Assembly: GCF_000020225.1 (NCBI RefSeq)
Contig: NC_010655.1
Coordinates: forward strand, 630,001-662,000
DNA from: Akkermansia muciniphila ATCC BAA-835
GTDB lineage: Bacteria; Verrucomicrobiota; Verrucomicrobiia; Verrucomicrobiales; Akkermansiaceae
Reading direction: 5' to 3'
Length of the DNA stretch: 32,000 nt
Positions within the stretch are counted from its first letter, which is position 1; every line of letters begins with the position of its first letter. Of this stretch, positions 1 through 8,564 are shown piece by piece. A model generated the notes under the pieces. It searched no databases. It saw only the letters and a program-made list of their open reading frames with translations, and had not been told where the DNA came from. A program made the position numbers and the translations under genes.

Positions 1-762
1 CTGGACAACTTCTGCATGGGTAATCCGGAAGATCCGGCGGAACTCGGCCGCCTGGTGGAATGCGTGAAAGCCATCGCCAAGGCGGCGGACGCGTACAATG
101 CCCCCTTCATTTCCGGCAAGGACTCCTTCTACAACTATTTTGAAACGGAAGACGGCCCTATCAACGTGCCCGTCACCTTCCTCTGCTCCGGCTTTGGTGT
201 GGTGGAAAACCCGGACCACGTCATCGGTTCTTCCCTGAGGCGGAGCAACAGCCTGCTGTACCTCATCGGCCATACGGAAGATGAAATGGGCGGTTCCGTC
301 TTCGCCCGCACCCACGGGGTGGAAGACGGCAAGGTTCCCCAGACGGACTGCGCCGCGAACATGGAACTGTACAAAGCCTACTACGGCGCCCTGACTTCCG
401 GTCTGGTGCTCTCCGCCCATGACGTTTCCGAAGGCGGCCTGGCCGTCACGGCGGCGGAAATGGCCTTTTCCGGCAAGGGAGGCGTTCGGCTGGATCTCAC
501 GAAAGTACCGACCGTCAACGGCTGGAAATCCCCCGCAGTGCCTCTGTTCAGTGAAAGCACGGGCCGCATCCTTGTGGAGGTGGATCCGGAATTCGCCGCG
601 GATTTTGAAACGGCTATGGACGGCTTCCCCTGCGCCTGCATCGGCGGTGTTACGGAGGAAAAGCGTCTCACGGCCACCTGCTGCGGCGGAGAAAAGGTGC
701 TGGATTGCGACATAGCCAACCTCAAAAAACTCTGGAAGGACGGACTTACCCCCTATTATTGA
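1..762 (+). CDS. purL: Phosphoribosylformylglycinamidine (FGAM) synthase II PurL, C-terminal portion; 5' end outside the window
   Basis: The frame is open from nt 1 (LDNFCMGNP...) and ends at TGA 760-762. PurL signatures FISGKDSFYN and AHDVSEGGLAVTAAEMAF are present. purQ follows 48 nt downstream. Confidence 0.9.
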   Translation: MDNFCMGNPEDPAELGRLVECVKAIAKAADAYNAPFISGKDSFYNYFETEDGPINVPVTFLCSGFGVVENPDHVIGSSLRRSNSLLYLIGHTEDEMGGSVFARTHGVEDGKVPQTDCAANMELYKAYYGALTSGLVLSAHDVSEGGLAVTAAEMAFSGKGGVRLDLTKVPTVNGWKSPAVPLFSESTGRILVEVDPEFAADFETAMDGFPCACIGGVTEEKRLTATCCGGEKVLDCDIANLKKLWKDGLTPYY

Positions 763-810
763 CCTCCTGAAACCGGCATCTTATCAAACCATCGATTTAT
801 TTCTACCAAT

Positions 811-1518
811 ATGCCTCACGCACTTTTACTGAAATACCCCGGCACCAACTGCGATGTGGAAACGGAACGCGCCCTGCGCGCGGCAGGGTTCTCCACCCAG
901 ATCCAGCCCATCGCCACGGCTACGCCGGAACACGTCGCAAAATCCCAGCTTGTCGTCCTGGGCGGCGGCTTCAGCTACGGAGACTACGTCACCAGCGGCC
1001 GCCTGGCCCAGTTGGAAACGGAACGCTTCCTGGGAGATGCCCTGCAGCGGCACCATGCCGGAGGAGGCATGCTCCTGGGCATCTGCAACGGGTTCCAGAT
1101 TCTCACCAAGCTGGGCATTCTTCCCGACTCCAGCCTGATTGACAACAAAAAGGAACGCTTTGAATGCGTCTGGGCTAAACTGGTGAAAGTAGCCAGGAAC
1201 TCTCCCTTCCTTCAAGGCCTGCCGGATGAATTCGAACTGCCCTCCGCCCATGCGGAAGGGCGCCTGGTCACCCGTCCCGGAGATGCGGAAAAATACCTGG
1301 CTTCCGGGAATGTGGCTCTCCAGTACGTAGACAACCGCGACGGCTGCGAATGCAGTATCGCCGGCCTCCAGGATTCCACCGGGCGCGCCATGGGTCTGAT
1401 GCCCCATCCGGAACGCTTTCTGCTGCCCCGCCACCACTATGACAAGGACTGGGCCGGCAACGAAGACTGGGGCTGGGGGTACTTCCTCTTCAAATCCGCC
1501 TTTGACGCCCTGAAATAA
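811..1518 (+). CDS. purQ: Phosphoribosylformylglycinamidine synthase I, glutamine amidotransferase subunit PurQ
   Basis: 235-aa ORF starting at ATG 811. It carries the class-I amidotransferase triad context: GGFSYGDY, GICNGFQIL (nucleophile Cys) and MPHPER. It lies adjacent to purL. Confidence 0.92.
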   Translation: MPHALLLKYPGTNCDVETERALRAAGFSTQIQPIATATPEHVAKSQLVVLGGGFSYGDYVTSGRLAQLETERFLGDALQRHHAGGGMLLGICNGFQILTKLGILPDSSLIDNKKERFECVWAKLVKVARNSPFLQGLPDEFELPSAHAEGRLVTRPGDAEKYLASGNVALQYVDNRDGCECSIAGLQDSTGRAMGLMPHPERFLLPRHHYDKDWAGNEDWGWGYFLFKSAFDALK

Positions 1519-1558
1519 AGGTCCATTTCCCATTAACCGCTCCCCCCGCATTCATTCC

Positions 1559-2338
1559 ATGACAGATACGGCCCTCATCGGTTCTTCTTGCGCCCTCGGC
1601 GTTTTCTGGTCCTCAAAACGGTACTTTGACTACCTGATTGATGAAACCAACCTGTCCCTGCTGCGCGGCAAGGAATTCGGGCAGGCCGTCATTATCTGTC
1701 CCTCCCTCCGGGAAGGGGGCACGGCCATTCGGGGGAATACGGCTCCCTTTCTGGCTCAGGTTAAAACCCTGATTGATCTCCTGCATGAGGTGAAGGCGGA
1801 ACGGGTGACCTACATCACCAGCATTGACACCCAGCCGGAAACGGGAAATGAACTTTCTCCCTTGCTCCGAGAAACGGAGGACGAATGGCTGGCGGCTCTG
1901 GTAGAGCTGAAAGACTTCATCAACCTCCGGTTCGGCCGCGTGCTGAACGTTTACCTTCCGGAAGTCACCGGAACGGGAGCAGGCATGAGTGTGGCGGATC
2001 TGCTGGCAGCAGTTCCGGAAGGGACGGAAGAGCTGGACGTAGCCCTGCTGGAACGCCACCAGCTTTATCCCATGCACCGCCTGGTCAGGGATGTGGAAAA
2101 AGCATGGGAGTGCGGCATCTTTTCCGTGAATCTGGTGCCGGAACCCGTCACGGCCTTTGAACTGGTGGAGCAGTGCTTCCCTTCCCTGGTCAACCGCCTC
2201 CCCGTCGCGAAGGAAACGGACCCGTACGGGAGCGCCAGAACATCCGTTTACTCCACGCAGTACCACGATCCGGACACCGGTTATATCATGGACAAGCAGG
2301 ACGTCCTGGCGGGGCTCTCTCCGGACAAACAGTCCTAG
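1559..2338 (+). CDS. Hypothetical protein (259 aa), no family recognised
   Basis: ATG 1559 lies 40 nt after the purQ stop. The codon-aligned antisense frame stays open (1613-2440), which in this window is typical of real genes. The N-terminal LIGSSCALG is only a degenerate Rossmann-like motif, and I found no catalytic motif. Confidence 0.65.
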   Translation: MTDTALIGSSCALGVFWSSKRYFDYLIDETNLSLLRGKEFGQAVIICPSLREGGTAIRGNTAPFLAQVKTLIDLLHEVKAERVTYITSIDTQPETGNELSPLLRETEDEWLAALVELKDFINLRFGRVLNVYLPEVTGTGAGMSVADLLAAVPEGTEELDVALLERHQLYPMHRLVRDVEKAWECGIFSVNLVPEPVTAFELVEQCFPSLVNRLPVAKETDPYGSARTSVYSTQYHDPDTGYIMDKQDVLAGLSPDKQS

Positions 2339-2347
2339 CCCCCGGTC

Positions 2348-2383
2348 AGCCCCCGTCTGCGCCCTGTGCAGTCGGGGCTTTTT
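2348..2383 (+). terminator. Probable rho-independent terminator after the 259-aa ORF
   Basis: Composite stem AGCCCC(2348-2353)/GGGGCT(2374-2379) with inner CTGC(2357-2360)/GCAG(2368-2371), followed by a T-run at 2379-2383. Confidence 0.4.
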
Positions 2384-2465
2384 ATCCCCCACCTTCAAAA
2401 AAGCTCCCCCGCAGGAGCCGTGCTTTCCTGTTGAGCGCATTCCGGAACGGTGCTATACAAAAGCC

Positions 2466-3545
2466 ATGAAGATTAGCGACGACAGCCTTGAATTCTTAAC
2501 GGAACTTCTGGAAACCCCCAGCCCTTCCGGCTTTGAAATAGATGCCCAGCGCATCTGGGCGGACGAACTGCGCAAATATACGGAAGACGTCCAGTGCGAC
2601 ACTTACGGCAATACCTGGGCCGTCTTCCACGCGGACGCGGAAGAAGCCCCCACATTGATGATTGAAGCCCACGCGGATGAAATCGGCTTCATGATCCGCC
2701 ATATCACCAAGGACGGCTTCCTGTATGTGGAACGCGTAGGCGGCACGGATACGGCCATCGCACGGGGGCGCCGCGTGCGCTTCCTGGGTTCCCAGGGAGA
2801 AGTGATGGGGGTGACCGGAAACACGGCCATCCACTTGCGGGAACCCGGAGAGAAGGAACCCAAAATCTGGGAAATTTACGTTGATGTAGGCGCCTCCTCC
2901 GACAAGGAAGTAGCGGAACTCGGTTTGCGCGTGGGCCATGTGGGCGTTTACTGCGACGGCCCCATGCTGATGAATGAAAACAAGCTGGTATGCCGGGCTC
3001 TGGACAACCGGCTGAGCGGCTTCATCCTGTCGGAAATAGCCCGCAAGCTGTGCAAGCTGAAAAAGCCCGTCTCCTGGAACGTGGTGCTCGTCAATGCCGT
3101 GCAGGAAGAAGTGGGCTGCATTGGCGCGGGAATGATTACCCACCGCCTGCGCCCGGATGCGGCTATCTGCATAGACGTGACTCATGCCACGGACTCGCCC
3201 GGACTGGACAAGGGCAAATTTGGCGATATCAGGCTTGGCGGCGGCCCTGCGGTCATCCACGGCACGGCCAACCATCCCAATCTGGTGGCCCGTCTGGAAA
3301 TCGTGGCGGACAAGAACAAAATACCCCTCCAGCATGAAGCCGCCGGACGCCGCACCGGAACGGATACGGACAGTATCTACATCTCCCGCGACGGCGTAGC
3401 CTCCGCGCTGGTGTCCGTCCCCCTGCGCTATATGCACTCCCCGGTGGAAACGGCCTCTCTGACAGATGTGGAAAATACAATCAAGCTGCTGCTGGAATTG
3501 GTCAAATCCCTGATGCCGGGAGACTCTTTCGGGCACAAGCTGTAA
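2466..3545 (+). CDS. M42 family metallopeptidase (FrvX/YpdE-type aminopeptidase, often annotated as endoglucanase)
   Basis: ATG 2466 (MKISDDSLEFL...) lies inside the longer ORF 2157-3545. M42 motifs are present: IEAHADEIGFMI, RALDNRLSG, NAVQEEVG, IDVTHATD and RYMHSPVE. Confidence 0.85.
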   Translation: MKISDDSLEFLTELLETPSPSGFEIDAQRIWADELRKYTEDVQCDTYGNTWAVFHADAEEAPTLMIEAHADEIGFMIRHITKDGFLYVERVGGTDTAIARGRRVRFLGSQGEVMGVTGNTAIHLREPGEKEPKIWEIYVDVGASSDKEVAELGLRVGHVGVYCDGPMLMNENKLVCRALDNRLSGFILSEIARKLCKLKKPVSWNVVLVNAVQEEVGCIGAGMITHRLRPDAAICIDVTHATDSPGLDKGKFGDIRLGGGPAVIHGTANHPNLVARLEIVADKNKIPLQHEAAGRRTGTDTDSIYISRDGVASALVSVPLRYMHSPVETASLTDVENTIKLLLELVKSLMPGDSFGHKL

Positions 3546-3837
3546 TACGGCACGGACGGCAGCATTGCTGACAAAATGAGGACATGAACCGTCCTGCCGG
3601 GGGAAGGCGCGCAAAGGCGTCAATTTCCCCCGGCACGCCCCCATGCGGCAGCATTCAGGCCGCATCTCCCCTTTGAGGCAGGGATGGAATTACTCCCTGC
3701 AGGCATCCTGCGTCCTCATACGGTCATTCTCCGCTTCCCGGCGGTGCTTCCTGTTTTCCGGCCCCTGGCTTCCTTTTCCGGAATATTTTCCCGGAAACCA
3801 TTACAGGCCGGAAACCGGCCGGAACTCTTTCTCCCGG

Positions 3838-4311
3838 TCACATTTCACTGAAATCCAGCCGGGTCACATTAAAGTACGTTTTTCCCTTCCGGCAGGAATC
3901 CCACAGGAGAATCAGCATGAGGAAAAAGAGGACCAGTCTCCAAGCCACTTCAAAGGGATAGCTGGTTACCACCCTCTCCACACCGATGCAGTTGCAGGAA
4001 AGGGAAAGCCCCCTGGCCCAGCCCTGGACGAACAACGCCACGAACGTGAACGTAAGCGCACTGCCCAGCAGCGCGGCCCCGGCGCAGGTTCTGCGGAACA
4101 GAAGCCCCAGGCCAACCGCAATCTCGCACGACACTCCCAGGCAGGCCAGAGGATGCCCCCAGGCCTCCGGGAAAATGGCGAAACGGTCGATCGTCTCCTG
4201 AAGCTGGTCCAGATGAAGCAGCTTGCGCGCCGCGACAAAAAGGAAGAAGCCCCCCATCCCCAGCCGGAGCAGGAGCAAACAGAAACGGACGATTTTTTCC
4301 TTTAGCATCAT
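3838..4311 (-). CDS. MauE/DoxX-family integral membrane protein
   Basis: 157 aa with about four hydrophobic helices. It contains an LSCNCIG motif that resembles the CGCFG motif I recall for the MauE family. The start lies 13 nt downstream of the GH2 stop, on the same strand. Confidence 0.6.
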   Translation of the reverse strand: MMLKEKIVRFCLLLLRLGMGGFFLFVAARKLLHLDQLQETIDRFAIFPEAWGHPLACLGVSCEIAVGLGLLFRRTCAGAALLGSALTFTFVALFVQGWARGLSLSCNCIGVERVVTSYPFEVAWRLVLFFLMLILLWDSCRKGKTYFNVTRLDFSEM

Positions 4312-4324
4312 TGGCGTATTCCGA

Positions 4325-7066
4325 TTATTCGAAGTGGGTTTGCTGGGCGCTCACTTTTTCATTGCGCAACCTGTTCAGTTCATGGCGCACTTTTTCCAGC
4401 TCCATCTGAAGGGATTTCTCCCGTTCGGAGGCAGGAGCCTCGGAGGAAGACGGCGTACCGGCAACCTTCTTCGCGCTGCCTGCGGCGTCTTCCGTAAAGA
4501 GCATTTTCAACCCGGGAGCCTTCGTGTCAAACCTTATGACGCCGGAAACGGGCTTTTGAGAACCGGGATGCTTCACGGAGGCTCTCACCGTCACCGTGCC
4601 GGGTGTTGCCCCCAGGCGCACCAGGGCCGGAGCGGAACCCCATTTAACGGACTGGGTCAGCGTGCCGTCCGGGGAATCCGTCAGCAGCTCGGCGGGGCCT
4701 TCCACGGAAAAGACAATCTCCTCATCATTCAGGCGCTTCACTGTTCCGCGGCCATCCGTAACCTCCGCCACCACGGCAAACACATCGGAACCGTTGGCGT
4801 ACAAATCCACTCCATCTTCCCGGTCCAGAGTCAACCGGATTTTCTCCGCCCTCCGGGCCGGGCGGACTTCATGCCTGGTCACCACCTTGCCGCCTATCAG
4901 GCCTTCCGCCACCAGTTTCACCGCTCCCTCCTTGCCTGCTCGGGCAAGCTTCTTGTTTTCCATGAAATCCCAGGCTTTAGGGAACACGACGGGCACGCGC
5001 TTGAGGCCTCCGGGACAGGACGCCACCCTCTTTTCCACCGGGGGCCCTCCGTTGACACTCAGGCGAACGGAATCACAATTGGAAAACACCGTCACGTCTT
5101 CCGGAGAAAAGGGAGTGCATTCATTGGCGATGTGCACCACAGGGCCGGAACCCAACCCGTTGCGCGTCTTCTGGGGACGCTGGGACATAAATGCGTAATA
5201 GGAGGTTTTGGGCTGCCTGAAAGCATCCAGAATACCGCCGTAGAAGGGATCCGGATGGTAACCGCGCTGATGGTCGAAAGGATGCCACAGGCAGCCGCCG
5301 AAATGATAGGCCGGAGCGGCGTTCAGCGTATCGTACGTCGTATATGGGAACGAGGTCTTGAGGTAGTGAAGGGCCTGCACCATCATGGGAGCTTCACCCC
5401 AGTGACGGGCTACACGGGAGGTGGAGTTGTGGGCGGACCAGGTATCCACGTTATCACCGAATTCACGGGTAAAATACGGTTTGCTGTTCTTCCGTTCCTT
5501 GATGGACCAGTGTTTGTCCCCCGTAACCGGGTGGGCATACAGAACTTCATAATGCTGGCTGCCCTGAGCCACCGCGTCGCAAGCGGTGTAGCATCCCTTG
5601 TACGGATATTCCTCATGCACCAGGTCGCGGGCCTTTTTGGCGAAATCCGCCGGGTAATGAGTTTCATTCAAAATAGGTTCCCACATCATCACGGAGGGAT
5701 GGTTCCTGTCCCGGCGCACCATCTGGCGGATATCGTCATACACCCGATCCGCAAAAGGGCCGCTGCCCCAGAACTGCCAGCCCGGCGTGGCGACGATGAC
5801 GAAAAGGCCCAGACGGTCGCAGGCGTCCATGAAAGCCGGATCCTGCGGATAATGGGCGCTCCGGATCACGCGCATGCCTGCCTTCCTCAACTTCACGGCA
5901 TCCTGCCATTGCAGGTTGTTGGGCACTGCATTCCCAAGCCGGGCAAAATCCTGGTGCCTGTTGCCGCCAATCAGCTTTTCAGGAAACAGGGATCCATTGA
6001 GCACCAGCCCCTTTTCCGTAATTTCCACCGTCCGGACACCCACCCTTATGGAACGGTTGTCCAGCAAATGGGCCGGATTTTTGGAATGGTCCCCTCCAGC
6101 AGCGTCCCATACTTCCACGCTCAACGTGTACAAATCGGGATTGTCCGGAGACCACGGTTTCACGTTGGAAAGCACAAGAGGAATATCCACTTCACCCGTG
6201 GAATGTGGAGGAATAGTCAGCGGAACCGTCTCCCCGGCAGGATCCACCCCCTTGGGGTCCGTCATCACCGCCTGCACACGCACCTTCCGTTCCTTGTCTG
6301 TCTGGTTGGCCACCTGAACCTTCACCCCCACCTTGCCCTTGCGGGTACGGGGATCAAGAAATTCCGTCCGGAAAAAAACTCCCCCCCCGGCCACAGTTCC
6401 GGCCTCGTTCGGGTCCGTGATATACACGGGTCCGGTGGAAATGAGGTACACATCCCGGTAAATACCGCCAAAATAGGAAAAATCCAGGCCCTCCTGGGGT
6501 TTGCCGGGGGGATAGGAAGCGTCGTTGGAATTGTCCGCCTTCACGGCGATGACATTCTTTTGTCCCGGTTTCAGCCACTTGTCCAGATTAACAATCACGG
6601 GAAGATATCCGCCGAAATGCTCCGCGGCCTTCTCCCCATTCACCCAGACCTCGCTCTTTCCCATGATGCCCTCAAAATACAGGGTGTTTCTCCTCCCCTC
6701 CAGCCGGGAGGGAGGAATAAATGTTTTCCGGTACCATACCGGCCCCTGGTAGTTGGAACAGCCGCTGGCCTCTTCCGGAAGAAGCTCAATGCCGTTGGGG
6801 AGGTTGACGGACTCCCAGGAGGAATCGTCAACATCCGGGCTGGCCGCTTCCTCCGGCTCCTTCTCTCCCTTAAACAGTTTCCAGCCCACATTCATGCCGT
6901 AAACGTCCCTTTTCGTTACGTTTTCCGGCAGGCGAAGAGCCCCTGCCACGGAATAGGCTCCCGTAGATGAAGCGGCCTCCTCCTGATCGGAAACCGCATC
7001 GGCATAAAGGGAAAAAGAGCCGGCCAGACATGCCGCCGTTATGAGAATGGTAGTGACTTTCATCAT
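4325..7066 (-). CDS. Secreted glycoside hydrolase family 2 (beta-galactosidase/beta-glucuronidase-like) with a C-terminal helical tail
   Basis: GH2 blocks are present: GPVWYRKTF, LYFEGIMGKSEVWVNGEKAAEHFGGYLP, NVIAVKADNS, IRSAHYPQDPAFMDACDRLGL and NHPSVMMWEPILNETH. I chose the start at MMKVTTILITAACLAGSFSLYADA (signal peptide, ATG 7066). The ORF is open up to ATG 7120. Confidence 0.85.
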   Translation of the reverse strand: MMKVTTILITAACLAGSFSLYADAVSDQEEAASSTGAYSVAGALRLPENVTKRDVYGMNVGWKLFKGEKEPEEAASPDVDDSSWESVNLPNGIELLPEEASGCSNYQGPVWYRKTFIPPSRLEGRRNTLYFEGIMGKSEVWVNGEKAAEHFGGYLPVIVNLDKWLKPGQKNVIAVKADNSNDASYPPGKPQEGLDFSYFGGIYRDVYLISTGPVYITDPNEAGTVAGGGVFFRTEFLDPRTRKGKVGVKVQVANQTDKERKVRVQAVMTDPKGVDPAGETVPLTIPPHSTGEVDIPLVLSNVKPWSPDNPDLYTLSVEVWDAAGGDHSKNPAHLLDNRSIRVGVRTVEITEKGLVLNGSLFPEKLIGGNRHQDFARLGNAVPNNLQWQDAVKLRKAGMRVIRSAHYPQDPAFMDACDRLGLFVIVATPGWQFWGSGPFADRVYDDIRQMVRRDRNHPSVMMWEPILNETHYPADFAKKARDLVHEEYPYKGCYTACDAVAQGSQHYEVLYAHPVTGDKHWSIKERKNSKPYFTREFGDNVDTWSAHNSTSRVARHWGEAPMMVQALHYLKTSFPYTTYDTLNAAPAYHFGGCLWHPFDHQRGYHPDPFYGGILDAFRQPKTSYYAFMSQRPQKTRNGLGSGPVVHIANECTPFSPEDVTVFSNCDSVRLSVNGGPPVEKRVASCPGGLKRVPVVFPKAWDFMENKKLARAGKEGAVKLVAEGLIGGKVVTRHEVRPARRAEKIRLTLDREDGVDLYANGSDVFAVVAEVTDGRGTVKRLNDEEIVFSVEGPAELLTDSPDGTLTQSVKWGSAPALVRLGATPGTVTVRASVKHPGSQKPVSGVIRFDTKAPGLKMLFTEDAAGSAKKVAGTPSSSEAPASEREKSLQMELEKVRHELNRLRNEKVSAQQTHFE

Positions 7067-7336
7067 GGAATAGGGGAATGCAAAATTAATATACGGAGAT
7101 CCCCCGGCGCCATCTTTCATTCATATAATACATCCTTGCGTATAATGCAAATACATATGTCATCCGGCATCTTCCGCTTGACCTGGAAGGCATGTTTTTT
7201 CATAGTCGACTCGCCCTGTACGGGATTATCCCGCAGCCCCGGTCCGAGTGCCAGGTTTTCAGTCCCGTGAAAAGGAAAAAGCGAGGCGTTCCTCCACCGG
7301 CTGTCTCAGGGCTATGCCTTTATCCACTAGTTTTTT

Positions 7337-8368
7337 ATGTCATCTTTCTTTCAGAAAATTGTCAAACTTTTCTCCTATGACATTGGCATTGACCTGGGCA
7401 CCGCCAACACCCTGGTCAACGTCAAGGACCAGGGCATCGTTCTGCGCGAGCCTTCGGTTGTCGCCGTCAAGGGGGACAAGGTTCTGGCCGTGGGAGACGA
7501 AGCCAAGCGCATGCTGGGCCGCACCCCCGGCTCCGTCACGGCCATCCGGCCGTTGAAGGACGGCGTCATCGCCGATTTCTACATCACGGAGGAAATGCTC
7601 CGCTACTTCATCAAAAAAGCCACGGCCAGGTACTACCTGATTAAGCCGCGCGTGCTCATCGCCATCCCCTCCGGCATTACGGAAGTGGAACGCAGGGCCG
7701 TCAAGGAATCCGCGGAAGCGGCCGGAGCCCGCCGCGTGCATCTGATTGAAGAACCCATGGCCGCCGCCATCGGTGTAGGCCTTCCGGTTCAGGAAGCTGC
7801 GGGCAACATGATTGTGGACATCGGCGGCGGCACGACGGAAGTGGCGCTTATTTCCCTTTCCGGCATCGTTTACAGCCGTTCCGTCCGCTGCGCCGGGGAT
7901 GAACTGGACGACGCCATCATCTCCTACATGAGGAGAACCTACAATCTCATGGTCGGGGAACGTACTGCCGAAGACATCAAAATCCGTATCGGCTCCGCCT
8001 ATCCCCTGCCTCAGGAACTCTCTATCGAGGTCAAGGGCCGCGACCTGGTCGCGGGCCTGCCCAAGACAGTGACGATTCGATCGGAAGAAGTGCGTGAAGC
8101 GCTCACGGAACAGCTCAACACGATTGTTGACGCCGTGCGGACGACTTTGGAACGCTGCCCCCCTGAACTGGCCGCCGACCTTGTGGACCGGGGGATTGTT
8201 CTGGCTGGAGGAGGCGCTCTGCTGCGCGGTCTGGATCAGCTCCTGCATGAACAGACGGGACTGCCCATCCACATTGCGGAAGACCCTCTGAGCGCTGTTG
8301 CGGAAGGTACCGGGAAAGCCCTCCAGGAACTGGACTTCTTCACTAATGTTACTGATGCGGAAGACTAA
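7337..8368 (+). CDS. mreB: Rod-shape-determining actin homologue MreB
   Basis: 343 aa with the motifs [27 protein letters not shown] and [15 protein letters not shown]. Confidence 0.93.
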   Translation: MSSFFQKIVKLFSYDIGIDLGTANTLVNVKDQGIVLREPSVVAVKGDKVLAVGDEAKRMLGRTPGSVTAIRPLKDGVIADFYITEEMLRYFIKKATARYYLIKPRVLIAIPSGITEVERRAVKESAEAAGARRVHLIEEPMAAAIGVGLPVQEAAGNMIVDIGGGTTEVALISLSGIVYSRSVRCAGDELDDAIISYMRRTYNLMVGERTAEDIKIRIGSAYPLPQELSIEVKGRDLVAGLPKTVTIRSEEVREALTEQLNTIVDAVRTTLERCPPELAADLVDRGIVLAGGGALLRGLDQLLHEQTGLPIHIAEDPLSAVAEGTGKALQELDFFTNVTDAED

Positions 8369-8564
8369 AAACGGAATCTCCGGAGCAAGCGCTCCGGCCT
8401 TGCGTCTGCCGTACTGCCGCATCACATCAACGCAACTGCCTGCATGATTCCTTTCCGGCCATCCCTACAGCTTCAACTCCAGCCGCTCCTGACGGGAGAC
8501 GGCCCACCGGAAACATTACGGGCAATAGCACACCCTAGCTTATTCTCACCCCGTGTTTACAAAA

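Noticed and set aside
2157-2465. An N-terminal extension of about 100 aa on the M42 peptidase ORF.
   Set aside because: The extension overlaps the 3' end of the preceding gene and is Pro/Arg/Ser-rich. It also spans the terminator-like hairpin at 2348-2383. The conserved M42 N-terminus starts at ATG 2466.
3643-4305. A 220-aa plus-strand ORF.
   Set aside because: It overlaps the MauE/DoxX-like membrane gene on the opposite strand and has a low-complexity Arg/Pro/Gln-rich translation. The minus-strand product has clean TM helices.
4223-6970. A 915-aa ORF on the plus strand.
   Set aside because: It is exactly codon-aligned antisense to the well-supported GH2 gene. The translation is Arg/Gly/His/Pro-rich, low in complexity and has no recognisable motif. 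It is explained by avoidance of TTA/CTA/TCA codons in the real gene.
7067-7120. An upstream ATG (7120) extending the GH2 ORF by 18 codons.
   Set aside because: The extension (MKDGAGGSPYINFAFPYS) precedes a textbook signal peptide that begins at ATG 7066. I kept it only as an alternative start.
7320-7328. A DnaA-box-like TTATCCACT upstream of mreB. Together with the AT-rich block at 20770-20960, I considered a replication origin.
   Set aside because: There is only a single 8/9 box, with no cluster of boxes. The AT-rich block is 13 kb away, and no dnaA or dnaN is nearby.
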